Shown here piece after piece: positions 38,203-48,206 of a stretch of DNA of 64,000 nt (within the stretch, counting starts at the first letter, position 1; the number at the start of each line of letters is the position of its first letter). The position numbers were made by a program, and so were the translations under genes. Location: positions 29,453 to 93,452 of the IMG/VR virus record IMGVR_UViG_3300048672_000152. One strand, written 5' to 3'. Source of the stretch: a virus. The notes under the pieces are model-generated. The model did not search any database and was not told the DNA's origin. It saw only the letters and a list, made by a program, of their open reading frames with translations.

Positions 38203-39521
38203 TGACTAACAAAATCCAGTTAGTCGATAATAGAGTGGAGATAGCTAAATCCTATCTCCTTTCTCAGTTTAAAGACAAACCTAACATTAATGCTTTAGTT
38301 GATGTATTGGTTACTGAACTACAAGAGATAGAGAATACTATTATCGAACTACAAGAAGTTCGTACACTAGCTGGTGCTAAAGGTTGGTGGTTAGATAGAA
38401 TTGGTGAAGAATTAGATACTCAGCGTTATGGTTTTAGTGATGCTGATTATAAAACAATATTACGTATTGCAATGTTGAAGAAAACAGCTTCAGCAACAAT
38501 AGAAGATATAATTAAAGTTCTGTCATATATTACAAATGATGATGAACTTCGTGTAGATAACCCAAACAAATATTTAATTGAAGCTGTAGGTTATTTGTTT
38601 GGTGTTAAAGATTCAATGTTGACAGAAGTAGCAGAGTTATTTCCAATCAACACAAGAAAGCTTATTGTACAACGAGACACTACCCCATTCAAATTGAATA
38701 CGGCGGGTAAGGGTTTCGGTAATGGTAGTTTAAATAGTATCTTATTATATGATGTAGGTATTGCTACAGACCCAAGATTCGTCCCATTACCTACAGAAAA
38801 ATATATTCCACCAGTTGTTAACAGTCCTACTGTTAAAACTACTCCATACATTTATGGTGTTGGTGAAGTAGGTCAAACATTAACTTATGTGAATGGTGAA
38901 TTTAATGGTGTTACGCCACTCACTGTAACTAAACAATGGCAACGTGACGGTGTAGACATCGGTGGCGCTACAAGCAACACTTATGTATTAGTGTCTGGTG
39001 ATGCTGGTAAAACAATCACTGTTAAAACAACTGCAACGAACGTAGACGGTACTTTGGTTATATATAGTAATAACGTATCAGTATCATCTGTTATACCTCC
39101 TGTTGACCCTCTGGCAGCGAATTTAGGTCTATACGACATTAACTCAGATAGATTCCAACTCTATGATGGTACGTTAGCTACTGCAACACATAGTATTACA
39201 TTTGAATACAACGGTTCTATCACATTAACTGATGCTAATGGTGCAGTAAGTTCTTCAGCGTACTTGACTGATGTTGGTGATCATCATGGTAATGCTTATG
39301 CTGTGCGTTACACAACACTAAGCGGTAATGATTTAATTGGTCTAGCACCTAACGTAAGTCACACATTATCAACAGCACTTACCTTATCACAATCTGTTAC
39401 ATCCAAAACTACAAAAGCTACAATGGGTACATACAGATTTACAATATTCAAGTTATCAGATATTACTGTCACTCGTAGTGTTGACATATATATGTCTGTA
39501 ACAATAGAGAGAGATTTATAA
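38202..39521 (+). CDS. baseplate wedge protein (DUF2612-like) with Ig-like extension
   Basis: LLSQF, A.G.WLDRIG; YIYG..VGQTLT...QWQRDG.DI.GAT..TY Ig-like domain. Confidence 0.8.
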   Translation: MTNKIQLVDNRVEIAKSYLLSQFKDKPNINALVDVLVTELQEIENTIIELQEVRTLAGAKGWWLDRIGEELDTQRYGFSDADYKTILRIAMLKKTASATIEDIIKVLSYITNDDELRVDNPNKYLIEAVGYLFGVKDSMLTEVAELFPINTRKLIVQRDTTPFKLNTAGKGFGNGSLNSILLYDVGIATDPRFVPLPTEKYIPPVVNSPTVKTTPYIYGVGEVGQTLTYVNGEFNGVTPLTVTKQWQRDGVDIGGATSNTYVLVSGDAGKTITVKTTATNVDGTLVIYSNNVSVSSVIPPVDPLAANLGLYDINSDRFQLYDGTLATATHSITFEYNGSITLTDANGAVSSSAYLTDVGDHHGNAYAVRYTTLSGNDLIGLAPNVSHTLSTALTLSQSVTSKTTKATMGTYRFTIFKLSDITVTRSVDIYMSVTIERDL

Positions 39522-40138
39522 TGGCTTATCCTACATACAATCCTGAATGGGCTGTAGAGAATACATACGACGATGGTATTACCCCTAACAAGATTAGACC
39601 AGATGAAGCGTTGCGTGATTATGGTTATACACCTTTCGCTGAACCAACTGCTCAGAATCTTAACTGGCAATTCAATAACCTTTACCAACAAATCACTGAA
39701 TTAAAAGCTCAGTTAGCTTCTCCATCACAAACACCTATCAATGAATTAAAATATATTGTTGGTGATGACCGTAACCCTGCTGTTATTTACGGTTACGGTA
39801 CTTGGGTGAAGTTTGCTGAAGGTAGAACTGTTATTGGTAGTGGTGAGGGTACTGATGTCAATGCTGTTACTCGTACCTTTGCTGCGGGTGAAACTGGTGG
39901 TGAATATCAACACAAACTCACTACTGCTGAATTACCTAGCCATGCTCACCAATTAAAACTTGAATATCAAGGTAACAATAAAGCCAGTGAAGGTAATGCT
40001 TATGCTAGTGCTGGTGAAGTTGCACAGAATGATTTTGTTGGTACAGATACTCGTACTACAGAAGCTTTTGGTGGTAATCAAGCATTCAACTTGATGAACC
40101 CATATCAGGTTGTAAATATTTGGCTAAGAACCGCCTAA
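39521..40138 (+). CDS. baseplate/short tail fibre protein
   Basis: EPTAQNLNWQFN, NP..IYG.GTW...GR, GGE..H.LT..ELP.H.H, PY..V..W.RTA. Confidence 0.8.
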   Translation: MAYPTYNPEWAVENTYDDGITPNKIRPDEALRDYGYTPFAEPTAQNLNWQFNNLYQQITELKAQLASPSQTPINELKYIVGDDRNPAVIYGYGTWVKFAEGRTVIGSGEGTDVNAVTRTFAAGETGGEYQHKLTTAELPSHAHQLKLEYQGNNKASEGNAYASAGEVAQNDFVGTDTRTTEAFGGNQAFNLMNPYQVVNIWLRTA

Positions 40139-40152
40139 CATAAGGATATATT

Positions 40153-41742
40153 ATGCCATTTTTACCATACCCACCTAACGGAACTACTGAAGCTGTTAAT
40201 GTGTTAAATCAAGATGTTCAGATATTACATAATATTGTTCATGGGTCTGAGTTAGTAGATATTCCAACAGAGAATGGTGATGTACCTACTATTGCTAAGT
40301 TAATTAAAGAAGTGGAAGATGCTACGGGAGTAGATGTTAGTTTACGTAGTGATTTGGCTGCTACTAACTCCACTGTATTAGTTGGTGGTGTTCAGGCTAA
40401 GAATCTAGTAAGTAAGGTAGACAACCTTGAGTACAGTTACTCCGATGACTTGCGAACTATTACAATAAACCCGAACTACAATACAACAAACCCACAGTGT
40501 AAGTCCTCAATAAACACAGCAGGAACTTTTGACTTTCCTAACAGGCTTGGTCATAGTGTCGTTTTTGGTAGGGATGAAGCTCCATTATTGGCAACATATA
40601 ACATCCCTGTGACCTTTGACGTAAGTAGTGGTCAACCATACAGAAATGTATTTTTCTTATCAAAGAAAAACGGGTTCTTGCAGACATTTACTCCGGCAGA
40701 ATTATCTGTTTCCGGTTATGGCACATCAACAATTTCAATTACCCCTGACGCTGCAAAGCTATCAGGAAGTGAGGAAGTGACTTATTGGGTTGTTGGTGAC
40801 GCAGATCAATTCAATGACAATGCAACTCAGAATAACTTGCAAAACAATATTGGCGGTTATGACAATATTACAAACCGACAAATGAGCTACAATTTAGGCG
40901 CACACAATCTAATTGATGGTACAGGCGACCACAATACAATATTTGGTGCCACTTATAGTGTTATTTATAGTTCCGGCTCTTACAACACAATTCTAAGCGG
41001 TCAGAACAACCAACATGGTGGGATTTCAGGTTATTCATTCCTTGGTGGTGAAGGTAATAGAAATTTCGGATCATACAATTTTATGTCCGGCGCTTTTTCT
41101 GTAAACAACGCAGCAACTAAGTTCACTTTCTCATTTGGTAGAACGATAGACACTAAAACTTGCGAAAACTCAGTAGCTTTTGGGCGCGATAACGTGCTAA
41201 ATGCGAACAGTAGTTTCATGTGGGGTCAAAACCATTTTAACTACTCAAGTCATTATTCTTCTGTTGGCGGCTATGGTGCAAACTGTAGAAACGCAGGCGG
41301 TCAAACTTTTGCATCTTCACCGGATACTGTTGGAGCCAACCAGAAAACAGAGATACTTTCCAAAAGATTAACAATCGCAAGTGGTGGTGCTTGGCAGAAG
41401 TTCAACAAGTTGGATGACAGTCCAAACTTAAAACTAAGAGCAAGCGCAACGGCCTTACTTACTGCTGATGTTGTCGTTAACTTAACAGGATTGAATGGCT
41501 TATCTCAACCAATAAACCATGCAGCAGTGAGATGTACCGCATTATATAACGCATCATTAGGAATTATTAGTTCTACTTTCACAATTCTTCATAGCACAGG
41601 TACAGGTGGTAACGTAGAAGTGAAGTTCACACAAACCCCTTTAGGTACTGATTATGTTGCACTAGAAATAAGGGACGCTGTTACTAACAATTCAGGAAGT
41701 GCAATAGCTGATATATCAATTGTTGAATTTTTAAGAGTTTAA
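40153..41742 (+). CDS. tail fibre / receptor-binding protein
   Basis: N-terminal anchor, SLRSDLA linker, Gly/Asn-rich beta-helix-like repeats. Confidence 0.75.
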   Translation: MPFLPYPPNGTTEAVNVLNQDVQILHNIVHGSELVDIPTENGDVPTIAKLIKEVEDATGVDVSLRSDLAATNSTVLVGGVQAKNLVSKVDNLEYSYSDDLRTITINPNYNTTNPQCKSSINTAGTFDFPNRLGHSVVFGRDEAPLLATYNIPVTFDVSSGQPYRNVFFLSKKNGFLQTFTPAELSVSGYGTSTISITPDAAKLSGSEEVTYWVVGDADQFNDNATQNNLQNNIGGYDNITNRQMSYNLGAHNLIDGTGDHNTIFGATYSVIYSSGSYNTILSGQNNQHGGISGYSFLGGEGNRNFGSYNFMSGAFSVNNAATKFTFSFGRTIDTKTCENSVAFGRDNVLNANSSFMWGQNHFNYSSHYSSVGGYGANCRNAGGQTFASSPDTVGANQKTEILSKRLTIASGGAWQKFNKLDDSPNLKLRASATALLTADVVVNLTGLNGLSQPINHAAVRCTALYNASLGIISSTFTILHSTGTGGNVEVKFTQTPLGTDYVALEIRDAVTNNSGSAIADISIVEFLRV

Positions 41743-41762
41743 CAAAAACTAAGGAATAAACC

Positions 41763-42272
41763 ATGTCTTTTCTTCCTTATCCTCCATCGAACACTACAGA
41801 TGCTATCTCTGTATTGAAGCAAGATATAAATCTTGCACACGAGATAGTTCATGGTGATGATGATCAGGATGTTTTAACTGAAAATGGTTTAGTACCTTCT
41901 TTCAGTAAAGTAATAAAGACGCTGAATACTGGAAGTCTTATTGTTTCCACTATGAATATAGTGACTACATCTAATACAGCTTTCAGTGTTTCAGCCGATA
42001 ATCATATAACACATTATTGTTGTACAGCTAATATGGACGTTGACGTAATAGTCAACGCTCCAATCCTTACTGAAACTGGCGAACCAGTAACAGGTGCTTT
42101 AATATTCTTCACTCAAGTTGGGGAAGGTGTTGTTAGGTTAGTACCATCATCAGGTATTAGTTTTATATATCCCGAAGATGCAAGCCCTACTACATTCAGT
42201 AAAGGTGCTACAATAGCGATAGAAAGTATGTCTCCAACACAATGGATCGTGACAGGTAACATGGGGTATTAA
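41763..42272 (+). CDS. tail fibre-associated protein sharing the N-terminal anchor of 40153..41742
   Basis: FLPYPP..T.A..VL.QD....H.IVHG...D..TENG.VP; C-terminal W.V.G.M. Confidence 0.7.
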   Translation: MSFLPYPPSNTTDAISVLKQDINLAHEIVHGDDDQDVLTENGLVPSFSKVIKTLNTGSLIVSTMNIVTTSNTAFSVSADNHITHYCCTANMDVDVIVNAPILTETGEPVTGALIFFTQVGEGVVRLVPSSGISFIYPEDASPTTFSKGATIAIESMSPTQWIVTGNMGY

Positions 42273-42274
42273 CC

Positions 42275-42961
42275 ATGAACCAAAGAAAGCTATTCCCTAT
42301 CATAGCAGGCGGTTACAGAACTAGAGTAAAGAAAGTTCTATTGTCTAAGATGTATCCACGATATATAGATGAAAAGTTGGTCGTGAATGAATATGAAATA
42401 CTTAGTGGTAATCACTATACTGCTGGACATCCTTACGAAGAAAGATTATTCACACTAGAGTTTGAATTTGTAGACAACACAGAAAATAGTGATATAATTA
42501 TAGTATTACATCGTACAGGTTTCGACGGTGGTTATTATTTAACTAAACAGATAAATAATTTTAGATTCACTAACGGTGAGTACATTCTGCGGTTTACGCA
42601 AGCATCTCCTGTAGAGTCAGAACCAATGAAACGTATTGAGTTGATTAAAGATTCAATCACCATTATTGATGAAGTAGTTGCAGACTTACCAAGCCCTTTC
42701 GGACAAACAGTATCATCACTGAGGAATCGCCTACGATTAGGTGCATCTACTGAAGAAAATACAGATTCATTAACGCTCTATAAAAATCTATTCCCTGCTG
42801 TATACACCAACATTTATACAATAGTAAATAGTACGCGCACTGACTGGTTCAAAGCATTCAGTGACCAGTACATCCAATCTACTCCGTCAGGCAATCCATT
42901 AACATTGCGCAAGAATGGTGAAACATCTTATGTATTCAGAGGTGGCAGTAGTGCTACATAA
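42275..42961 (+). CDS. putative virion/fibre protein
   Basis: position, beta-rich composition. Confidence 0.55.
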   Translation: MNQRKLFPIIAGGYRTRVKKVLLSKMYPRYIDEKLVVNEYEILSGNHYTAGHPYEERLFTLEFEFVDNTENSDIIIVLHRTGFDGGYYLTKQINNFRFTNGEYILRFTQASPVESEPMKRIELIKDSITIIDEVVADLPSPFGQTVSSLRNRLRLGASTEENTDSLTLYKNLFPAVYTNIYTIVNSTRTDWFKAFSDQYIQSTPSGNPLTLRKNGETSYVFRGGSSAT

Positions 42962-42974
42962 CTAAGGAACTTAA

Positions 42975-43274
42975 ATGAACATAGAAATATTTGCACTACT
43001 AAAGTACGGTTGGGTTGCACTAGGTACTTGGTTTTGGTATGACAAACAGAAGAATGATAAAATCATAGAGTCTGTGGTGGCTAAATTATCAAACTCTCCA
43101 ACCTTTGATGACATGGAAAAAGAGATAAATAAGTCCGTGTCGAGTATCAAGGATGACCAACGAGAAATGATTATAATGACTCGTGAAATGTCAATCACAC
43201 TGAACCAGCTTGTAAGGGATTTAGCTGTTCTTAATGCTAAGTGGAGCATGAAGAATGACAGCGATAAATCCTAA
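42975..43274 (+). CDS. single-TM coiled-coil protein (holin/antiholin-like candidate)
   Basis: N-terminal hydrophobic segment, first gene of lysis region. Confidence 0.5.
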   Translation: MNIEIFALLKYGWVALGTWFWYDKQKNDKIIESVVAKLSNSPTFDDMEKEINKSVSSIKDDQREMIIMTREMSITLNQLVRDLAVLNAKWSMKNDSDKS

Positions 43275-43686
43275 GATAATGCTTGTGGAGGATGATAGTT
43301 TTATGCTATTATTCCTCACGCAGTTGTTTGAGAAGCATGGTTATGAGGTGTGCCCTGTGTATGGACATTATGCTGCATTAGCTAGTGCTATAGAATTTAA
43401 ACCTGATGTAATTGTGCTTGACATATCTTTAGATGACGGATATACTGGTTATGATGTATCTGAAGAATTGAAACTCAATACAATTACAAAAGATATACCA
43501 ACTGTATTCCTCACTGCGGAAGTGGATGAGAAATCACGTTGTAAAGCATTTATGTGTGGTGGAGTTGATTTTCTAACTAAACCCTTCAATAAAGAAGATT
43601 TACTCAGTCGTGTCAAACCTTTGGCAATGATTGGTAAGATGTCAAAAATGTTAAGTAATATGACTAATTTTAATAAGGAAGCATGA
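43255..43686 (+). CDS. stand-alone response-regulator receiver (REC) protein
   Basis: E12-D13-D14, phospho-acceptor D56, T87, K109-P110. Confidence 0.92.
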   Translation: MTAINPKIMLVEDDSFMLLFLTQLFEKHGYEVCPVYGHYAALASAIEFKPDVIVLDISLDDGYTGYDVSEELKLNTITKDIPTVFLTAEVDEKSRCKAFMCGGVDFLTKPFNKEDLLSRVKPLAMIGKMSKMLSNMTNFNKEA

Positions 43687-43687
43687 T

Positions 43688-43795
43688 ATGCCAACGGAAA
43701 CCCCGCAGCCTGAGAAGCCCAAGAAACCCCCTGTTGAAACTAATGTACCAACAGACCCAACTGAATCTGGCGATCCTGTAAAGGAAACTAAGTAA
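43688..43795 (+). CDS. 35-aa Pro-rich peptide (not in ORF track)
   Basis: AAGGA SD, MPTETPQPEKPKKPPVETNVPTDPTESGDPVKETK, TAATG coupling to next gene. Confidence 0.7.
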   Translation: MPTETPQPEKPKKPPVETNVPTDPTESGDPVKETK

Positions 43796-44211
43796 TGATG
43801 TACCTGCTCATCACACCTATCACTCTAATGATTATTTCATTTCTGATAAGAGACAAAGATATTGTTGAGGTGAGCAGGTATCTTTCTGTTGTTCTTATTC
43901 TCGACATATTAACTTGGTTACTATTTCAGACAGATTTTTATTATATACGTTCCGCATTGATAGACATACTAATGTTTGTAGTGGTATTCAAATTAGACGA
44001 TACCAAGAAATCCTTAATCATAGGATTACCCTGCATGATAAGTTTTGTATTAAACATCATCGAACAGTTCAGTTACTATCAAACAATATTTTATGACTTT
44101 CGCCCATACATCCAATTCATTCTTATTCAGATTATGTTATGGGGGTTAGTATTCAACTGCAAGTGGAGAAAATATGCAAAACAAATTCGCAGAAATGATT
44201 CTGAAGATTGA
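43795..44211 (+). CDS. multi-pass membrane protein (4-5 TM)
   Basis: several hydrophobic helices, basic C-terminus. Confidence 0.75.
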   Translation: MMYLLITPITLMIISFLIRDKDIVEVSRYLSVVLILDILTWLLFQTDFYYIRSALIDILMFVVVFKLDDTKKSLIIGLPCMISFVLNIIEQFSYYQTIFYDFRPYIQFILIQIMLWGLVFNCKWRKYAKQIRRNDSED

Positions 44212-44650
44212 AGAAGGGAGATCATTAAAGCCATACTACTGTACTGAACATTTTCCGACAATAGGGTATGGACGGAAGTTATCAGATATTAAATATGCAC
44301 CTCTCCCTAACATTGTTGCAAACGAAAAAGAAGAATTAGAATTCTTACGTAAACGAATTCAAGAATCCATCAATAAACTATCTACACAAAAACCTTTAGC
44401 TTGGTCGAAATGTAACGAACAAAGACAAGCTATCCTCGTGTCGATGGTGTATCAACTTGGGTTCAACGGTACGTTGGTCTTCAAAAAGATGTGGGCTGCT
44501 ATTGAAGTTGGTAACTTTGAAGAAGCATCTAAACAAATGTTAGATAGTCTGTGGGCTAAACAAACCCCCAAACGAGCATTACGTCATGCTAAAACAATGA
44601 AAGACGGCAGCTTAGATATGTATTATGTTTCAGCCGGAGTATTCAAGTAA
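44174..44650 (+). CDS. endolysin, T4-lysozyme-like (GH24)
   Basis: EEG....Y......TIGYG, MVYQLG..G...F..M, MLDSLWAKQTP.RA. Confidence 0.92.
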   Translation: MQNKFAEMILKIEEGRSLKPYYCTEHFPTIGYGRKLSDIKYAPLPNIVANEKEELEFLRKRIQESINKLSTQKPLAWSKCNEQRQAILVSMVYQLGFNGTLVFKKMWAAIEVGNFEEASKQMLDSLWAKQTPKRALRHAKTMKDGSLDMYYVSAGVFK

Positions 44651-45018
44651 TGTACACCCCACTTTTAAAGCTCTTAGGAGCGTTGCTGATAGGCTTATCT
44701 ATCTACGGGTATATCTACGTACTACAAGCGGATAAAGATGCCTTAGAAGCTTCTGTAGAGCTTTATAAACAGCAATCAGAACAAGCTGTAGCTCTAGCTA
44801 ACCAGAATACACAGAAATACTTAGAATTGCAGGAAAGAAATAAGTTACAGCTTGAAAAACTTATTGCATTACAGAATTCTATTGATAAAATAAAAGAAGA
44901 ACAACATTCTTCTGAGAAAGAGACCATCAAGTATGTTGCATCACTCCCTGAAGGCTTTGAAAAGTCTTGTCTTAATATGTCTGTTAGTCCCTCTATTAGT
45001 GGCGTGTCAGAACACTAA
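44650..45018 (+). CDS. i-spanin (Rz-like)
   Basis: N-terminal TM plus periplasmic coiled-coil with C-terminal Cys. Confidence 0.8.
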   Translation: MYTPLLKLLGALLIGLSIYGYIYVLQADKDALEASVELYKQQSEQAVALANQNTQKYLELQERNKLQLEKLIALQNSIDKIKEEQHSSEKETIKYVASLPEGFEKSCLNMSVSPSISGVSEH

Positions 45019-45226
45019 AACAGTCTATGTTGATCGCATTGTAGAAGTTCCAGTTAACACTCCCCCTCAATTGATGCAAGAATGCCCTGTCAGTGTACGC
45101 TCTGGTGAAAAGGTTATTGACTACATCACTTCAGAGAAACGTCTCCGCAATGATTTAGCTATTTGCAATTTAACAATAAAAGCAAGGAATGAAAATGAAT
45201 TGGCTAAAGAACATCCACAAAAGTAA
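44933..45226 (+). CDS. o-spanin lipoprotein (Rz1-like)
   Basis: lipobox LVAC, PP...C.....CN, overlaps i-spanin. Confidence 0.8.
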   Translation: MLHHSLKALKSLVLICLLVPLLVACQNTKTVYVDRIVEVPVNTPPQLMQECPVSVRSGEKVIDYITSEKRLRNDLAICNLTIKARNENELAKEHPQK

Positions 45227-45392
45227 GACAATGATATTTAATATCCTTGTAGGTATATTAGGTATTGTAGAGTTAAATATGGGTTTATTCCAAGCAGCAT
45301 TAGGTGATTACTACGGTATCATCTTTATGTTAGTTGCCATGATTAACGTAGTGCTTAGAATTGTAACTACTACACCTATGAGTGATAAATAA
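45189..45392 (+). CDS. holin-like 2-TM protein
   Basis: KSKT..FN...N..LR..TT.P pattern. Confidence 0.6.
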   Translation: MKMNWLKNIHKSKTMIFNILVGILGIVELNMGLFQAALGDYYGIIFMLVAMINVVLRIVTTTPMSDK

Positions 45393-45814
45393 TGTCACCG
45401 ACAATTAAAGTAATCTTTGGTAAAAACCATTTACCGTTTTCTTGGCTCATTCGTATCTTCACATGGAGCAGATGGAGTCACTGTGGTATTGTAGTTGGTG
45501 ATATGGTGTTTGAAGCCACAGCTACTAAAGGTGTTGTCATAACCCCCATCAATGACTTCATTAAGAGATACAATGACCATGCTTTTGCTAATGTTATCGT
45601 TAGAGATAGTGTTGCTGATGCTTACGATAGATTGGCTGGAGAAGTAGGTAAGAAATACGATTTCTCTGCTATCTTCGGAATATTGTTCCGCACCGGATGG
45701 AACGCAAATAATAAATGGTTCTGCTCTGAGCTTGTAGCTTATGTAGTAGGAACATATAGAGATAACAATCTTGGGAGAATTACTCCTGAGATGATATGGA
45801 GTAATAGTAAATGA
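45392..45814 (+). CDS. permuted papain-like amidase (YaeF/YiiX, C92)
   Basis: WSHCGI, GKKYD, WFCSELV. Confidence 0.85.
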   Translation: MSPTIKVIFGKNHLPFSWLIRIFTWSRWSHCGIVVGDMVFEATATKGVVITPINDFIKRYNDHAFANVIVRDSVADAYDRLAGEVGKKYDFSAIFGILFRTGWNANNKWFCSELVAYVVGTYRDNNLGRITPEMIWSNSK

Positions 45815-46686
45815 GTGCAAATAACATTGCAGAGACAAGCACAAGTACAGGCACTGGCAACATTACGCTTGATGGAGCTTGGTCGCAGGTGGGAACTTTC
45901 AACACAGGCAACCTAACCTTCAACAGCTTTTACGGCACTAATCATGTTTTTCCTTACATGATCCGCGATACTTCCGGCAATTGGGAAAGCGGAGAAGGGT
46001 ACTTAAGTGCATCGACTACGCTTGTGCGTCAAAACGTGTTTAACAACTCACTAGGTACAACAGCAAAGATTAACTTTCCATCGGGAGACAAGATTGTCTT
46101 TGTACCAACTGATGCGCGGTCTTTCGGCAGTCGAATGCTTAACCAAGTGAACTACGTGCTATCGTCAAATTTCTTCGGTATTCGTGGGCAGATAACAATG
46201 ACCGCCAACAGGTTATACATCACTCCACACATCATACAAGCTCCGGTGCATCTGACTACGCTGGCACACGTAATACGCACAGCAGCAGCAGCAGGTGGCA
46301 GCACAATGCGCGTCGGCATTTACAACTTGGTCAGGCAGCCACTAAACGGCAACACTTACGACTCAAATTTTACTTTACTTGCTGACCTTGGCACTGTCGC
46401 AGTTGATACCACAGGCACTAAGGCAATCACTTGTGACTTAAAACTCGGTCAAGGCGTATACGGCATTGCCACCATTTCAAACGGCGCTCCGGCTATCATG
46501 GCTACAGGGACAACGGCGGCGGATATGTGGCTGTCAGCAAACACGTATGAAGGACATCCAATCACGCATTGGTACAATGACAGCGCACCATCATTCACAG
46601 CGCTTCCGGCAAACACTCGCGTTGATATGCCAGTTGTCATGAACAACAGCGCACCGCAGGCAATGTTCAGAGGTAACATTCTATGA
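45811..46686 (+). CDS. fibre-like virion protein
   Basis: ETSTSTGTG.ITL.GA...WE.G.G N-terminus. Confidence 0.65.
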   Translation: MSANNIAETSTSTGTGNITLDGAWSQVGTFNTGNLTFNSFYGTNHVFPYMIRDTSGNWESGEGYLSASTTLVRQNVFNNSLGTTAKINFPSGDKIVFVPTDARSFGSRMLNQVNYVLSSNFFGIRGQITMTANRLYITPHIIQAPVHLTTLAHVIRTAAAAGGSTMRVGIYNLVRQPLNGNTYDSNFTLLADLGTVAVDTTGTKAITCDLKLGQGVYGIATISNGAPAIMATGTTAADMWLSANTYEGHPITHWYNDSAPSFTALPANTRVDMPVVMNNSAPQAMFRGNIL

Positions 46687-47189
46687 TTAACTTTCAGGAT
46701 AAAGGTTTTGGTTTGTTTTTGTTTCTAGAAAAGCAAGGGGTTTTTCTAGAAGAGCTTGATGGTAAATGGTCTGCAAATGCGCCGGATGATTTAGTTAGTC
46801 AGTTGATAGATGAGTACAATCCTTGGCCTAAAGAAAAAGCTGCAAAGTTTTCTGAAATTGATGTTGATTTTCAACATCACATTGATTCTCTCACAGCCGG
46901 ATGGCCTGAAGGTGAAATTAAGACTTGGGAAAGACAAGAGAAGGAAGCCATTGCTTTGCAGTCCAATTCAGCAGCACCCACCCCATTCTTAGCTACAGTA
47001 GCAAACCAACGAGGTATTACTGTTGCTGAACTTGCTACAAGGGTAATAAGAGACTCGATTGCTTTCAGTAACGCGAGTGCATACTATGTAGGTTTGAGAC
47101 ATAAAGCTAGACAACGTGTACAAGCACTTCCAGATAACGGGGATTATCATAGATTACCTGAGTTATGGAGCATTAAGTTTAAGGAGTAA
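46683..47189 (+). CDS. tail fibre assembly chaperone-like protein
   Basis: P..E..TW..Q..EA....TP.L..A..RG motif. Confidence 0.75.
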   Translation: MINFQDKGFGLFLFLEKQGVFLEELDGKWSANAPDDLVSQLIDEYNPWPKEKAAKFSEIDVDFQHHIDSLTAGWPEGEIKTWERQEKEAIALQSNSAAPTPFLATVANQRGITVAELATRVIRDSIAFSNASAYYVGLRHKARQRVQALPDNGDYHRLPELWSIKFKE

Positions 47190-47192
47190 TCT

Positions 47193-48206
47193 ATGTATGG
47201 TATGATGCCTAATGGCTTACTTCCTTACGGTGTTGTGTTTGTACCTGAGTCTGGGGGTGGAGGGGGTGGGACACCGTTCACTGGTGTATTGAATAAAACT
47301 ACATTAACACTAACCACTAAACAACAAAGTGTTGTTATTGGTAATAATACCAGTGCTAATAAATCTACACTATTGTTATCCCAAGACCAGTTAAGCGTAT
47401 CTACTGGTGCGAACACTGTACCTAATAGACAAGCATTGTCGGTAACTGTTAAACAACACTCGGTTAGTGCGGGATTTAGTTTATCAACGGGTAAATCTAC
47501 GCTAATTACTGCCGGAGAACAGTTAATTGTTCAACTAGGTACTGTATTAGGTGTAGGTAAAAGAACTCTAACCCTTACACCTAAGAATCCAAATAATGTC
47601 TTAGGTTTTGTAAATACCTCTAATAAAACTACTATACCTCTAACCGTTAAACAATTAGAGATTGTTACAGGAAGTAATTTACCATTCATCGGAAGCATTG
47701 GTAAACAATCTTTATCCTTGACAAGTAAGCAGTTAGGTAGTAAAATTGGATGGAATAGCAATGTTTCTAAAACCACACTCAATCTTACTAACGAGCAATT
47801 ATCTAATGCGTTAGGTTTTGTCTCTAGTATCAATAAACAATCGGTATCATTATCTACTAAACCTCTCACTGTTGTTACTGGTACAAGTATTCCAGTTAAC
47901 GCATTATTGAATAAAACTTCATTACCTCTGAGTAATAAACAACTAGAAGTTACTGTTGGTACTGATGTGTCGTTCTCTGGCGCTATCAATAAAACAACAT
48001 TGGATTTGACACATAAACAATTGTTTATTGTATCTGGTTTTAATCAAGACATACACCCTCTTTCAATGAACGTGTCTTACAAACTATTACAGTGGGTAGA
48101 CTACATTCAACCTCTAGTGTTTGAATCTGATAGAACATTCATTATGAAAGATAAGAATACAATCTACATAATGAAACCAATAAACACACAATTTTATTTA
48201 AATTAA
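47193..48206 (+). CDS. repeat-rich virion protein
   Basis: tandem ~23-aa (N/G)K..L.LT.KQL repeats. Confidence 0.7.
   Translation: MYGMMPNGLLPYGVVFVPESGGGGGGTPFTGVLNKTTLTLTTKQQSVVIGNNTSANKSTLLLSQDQLSVSTGANTVPNRQALSVTVKQHSVSAGFSLSTGKSTLITAGEQLIVQLGTVLGVGKRTLTLTPKNPNNVLGFVNTSNKTTIPLTVKQLEIVTGSNLPFIGSIGKQSLSLTSKQLGSKIGWNSNVSKTTLNLTNEQLSNALGFVSSINKQSVSLSTKPLTVVTGTSIPVNALLNKTSLPLSNKQLEVTVGTDVSFSGAINKTTLDLTHKQLFIVSGFNQDIHPLSMNVSYKLLQWVDYIQPLVFESDRTFIMKDKNTIYIMKPINTQFYLN

Noticed and set aside
42975-43274. Histidine kinase partner for the REC protein
   Set aside because: Contains no histidine and no ATPase domain
47193-48206. CRISPR-like or DGR repeats
   Set aside because: Repeats are degenerate protein-level repeats; no identical DNA repeats with spacers and no reverse transcriptase
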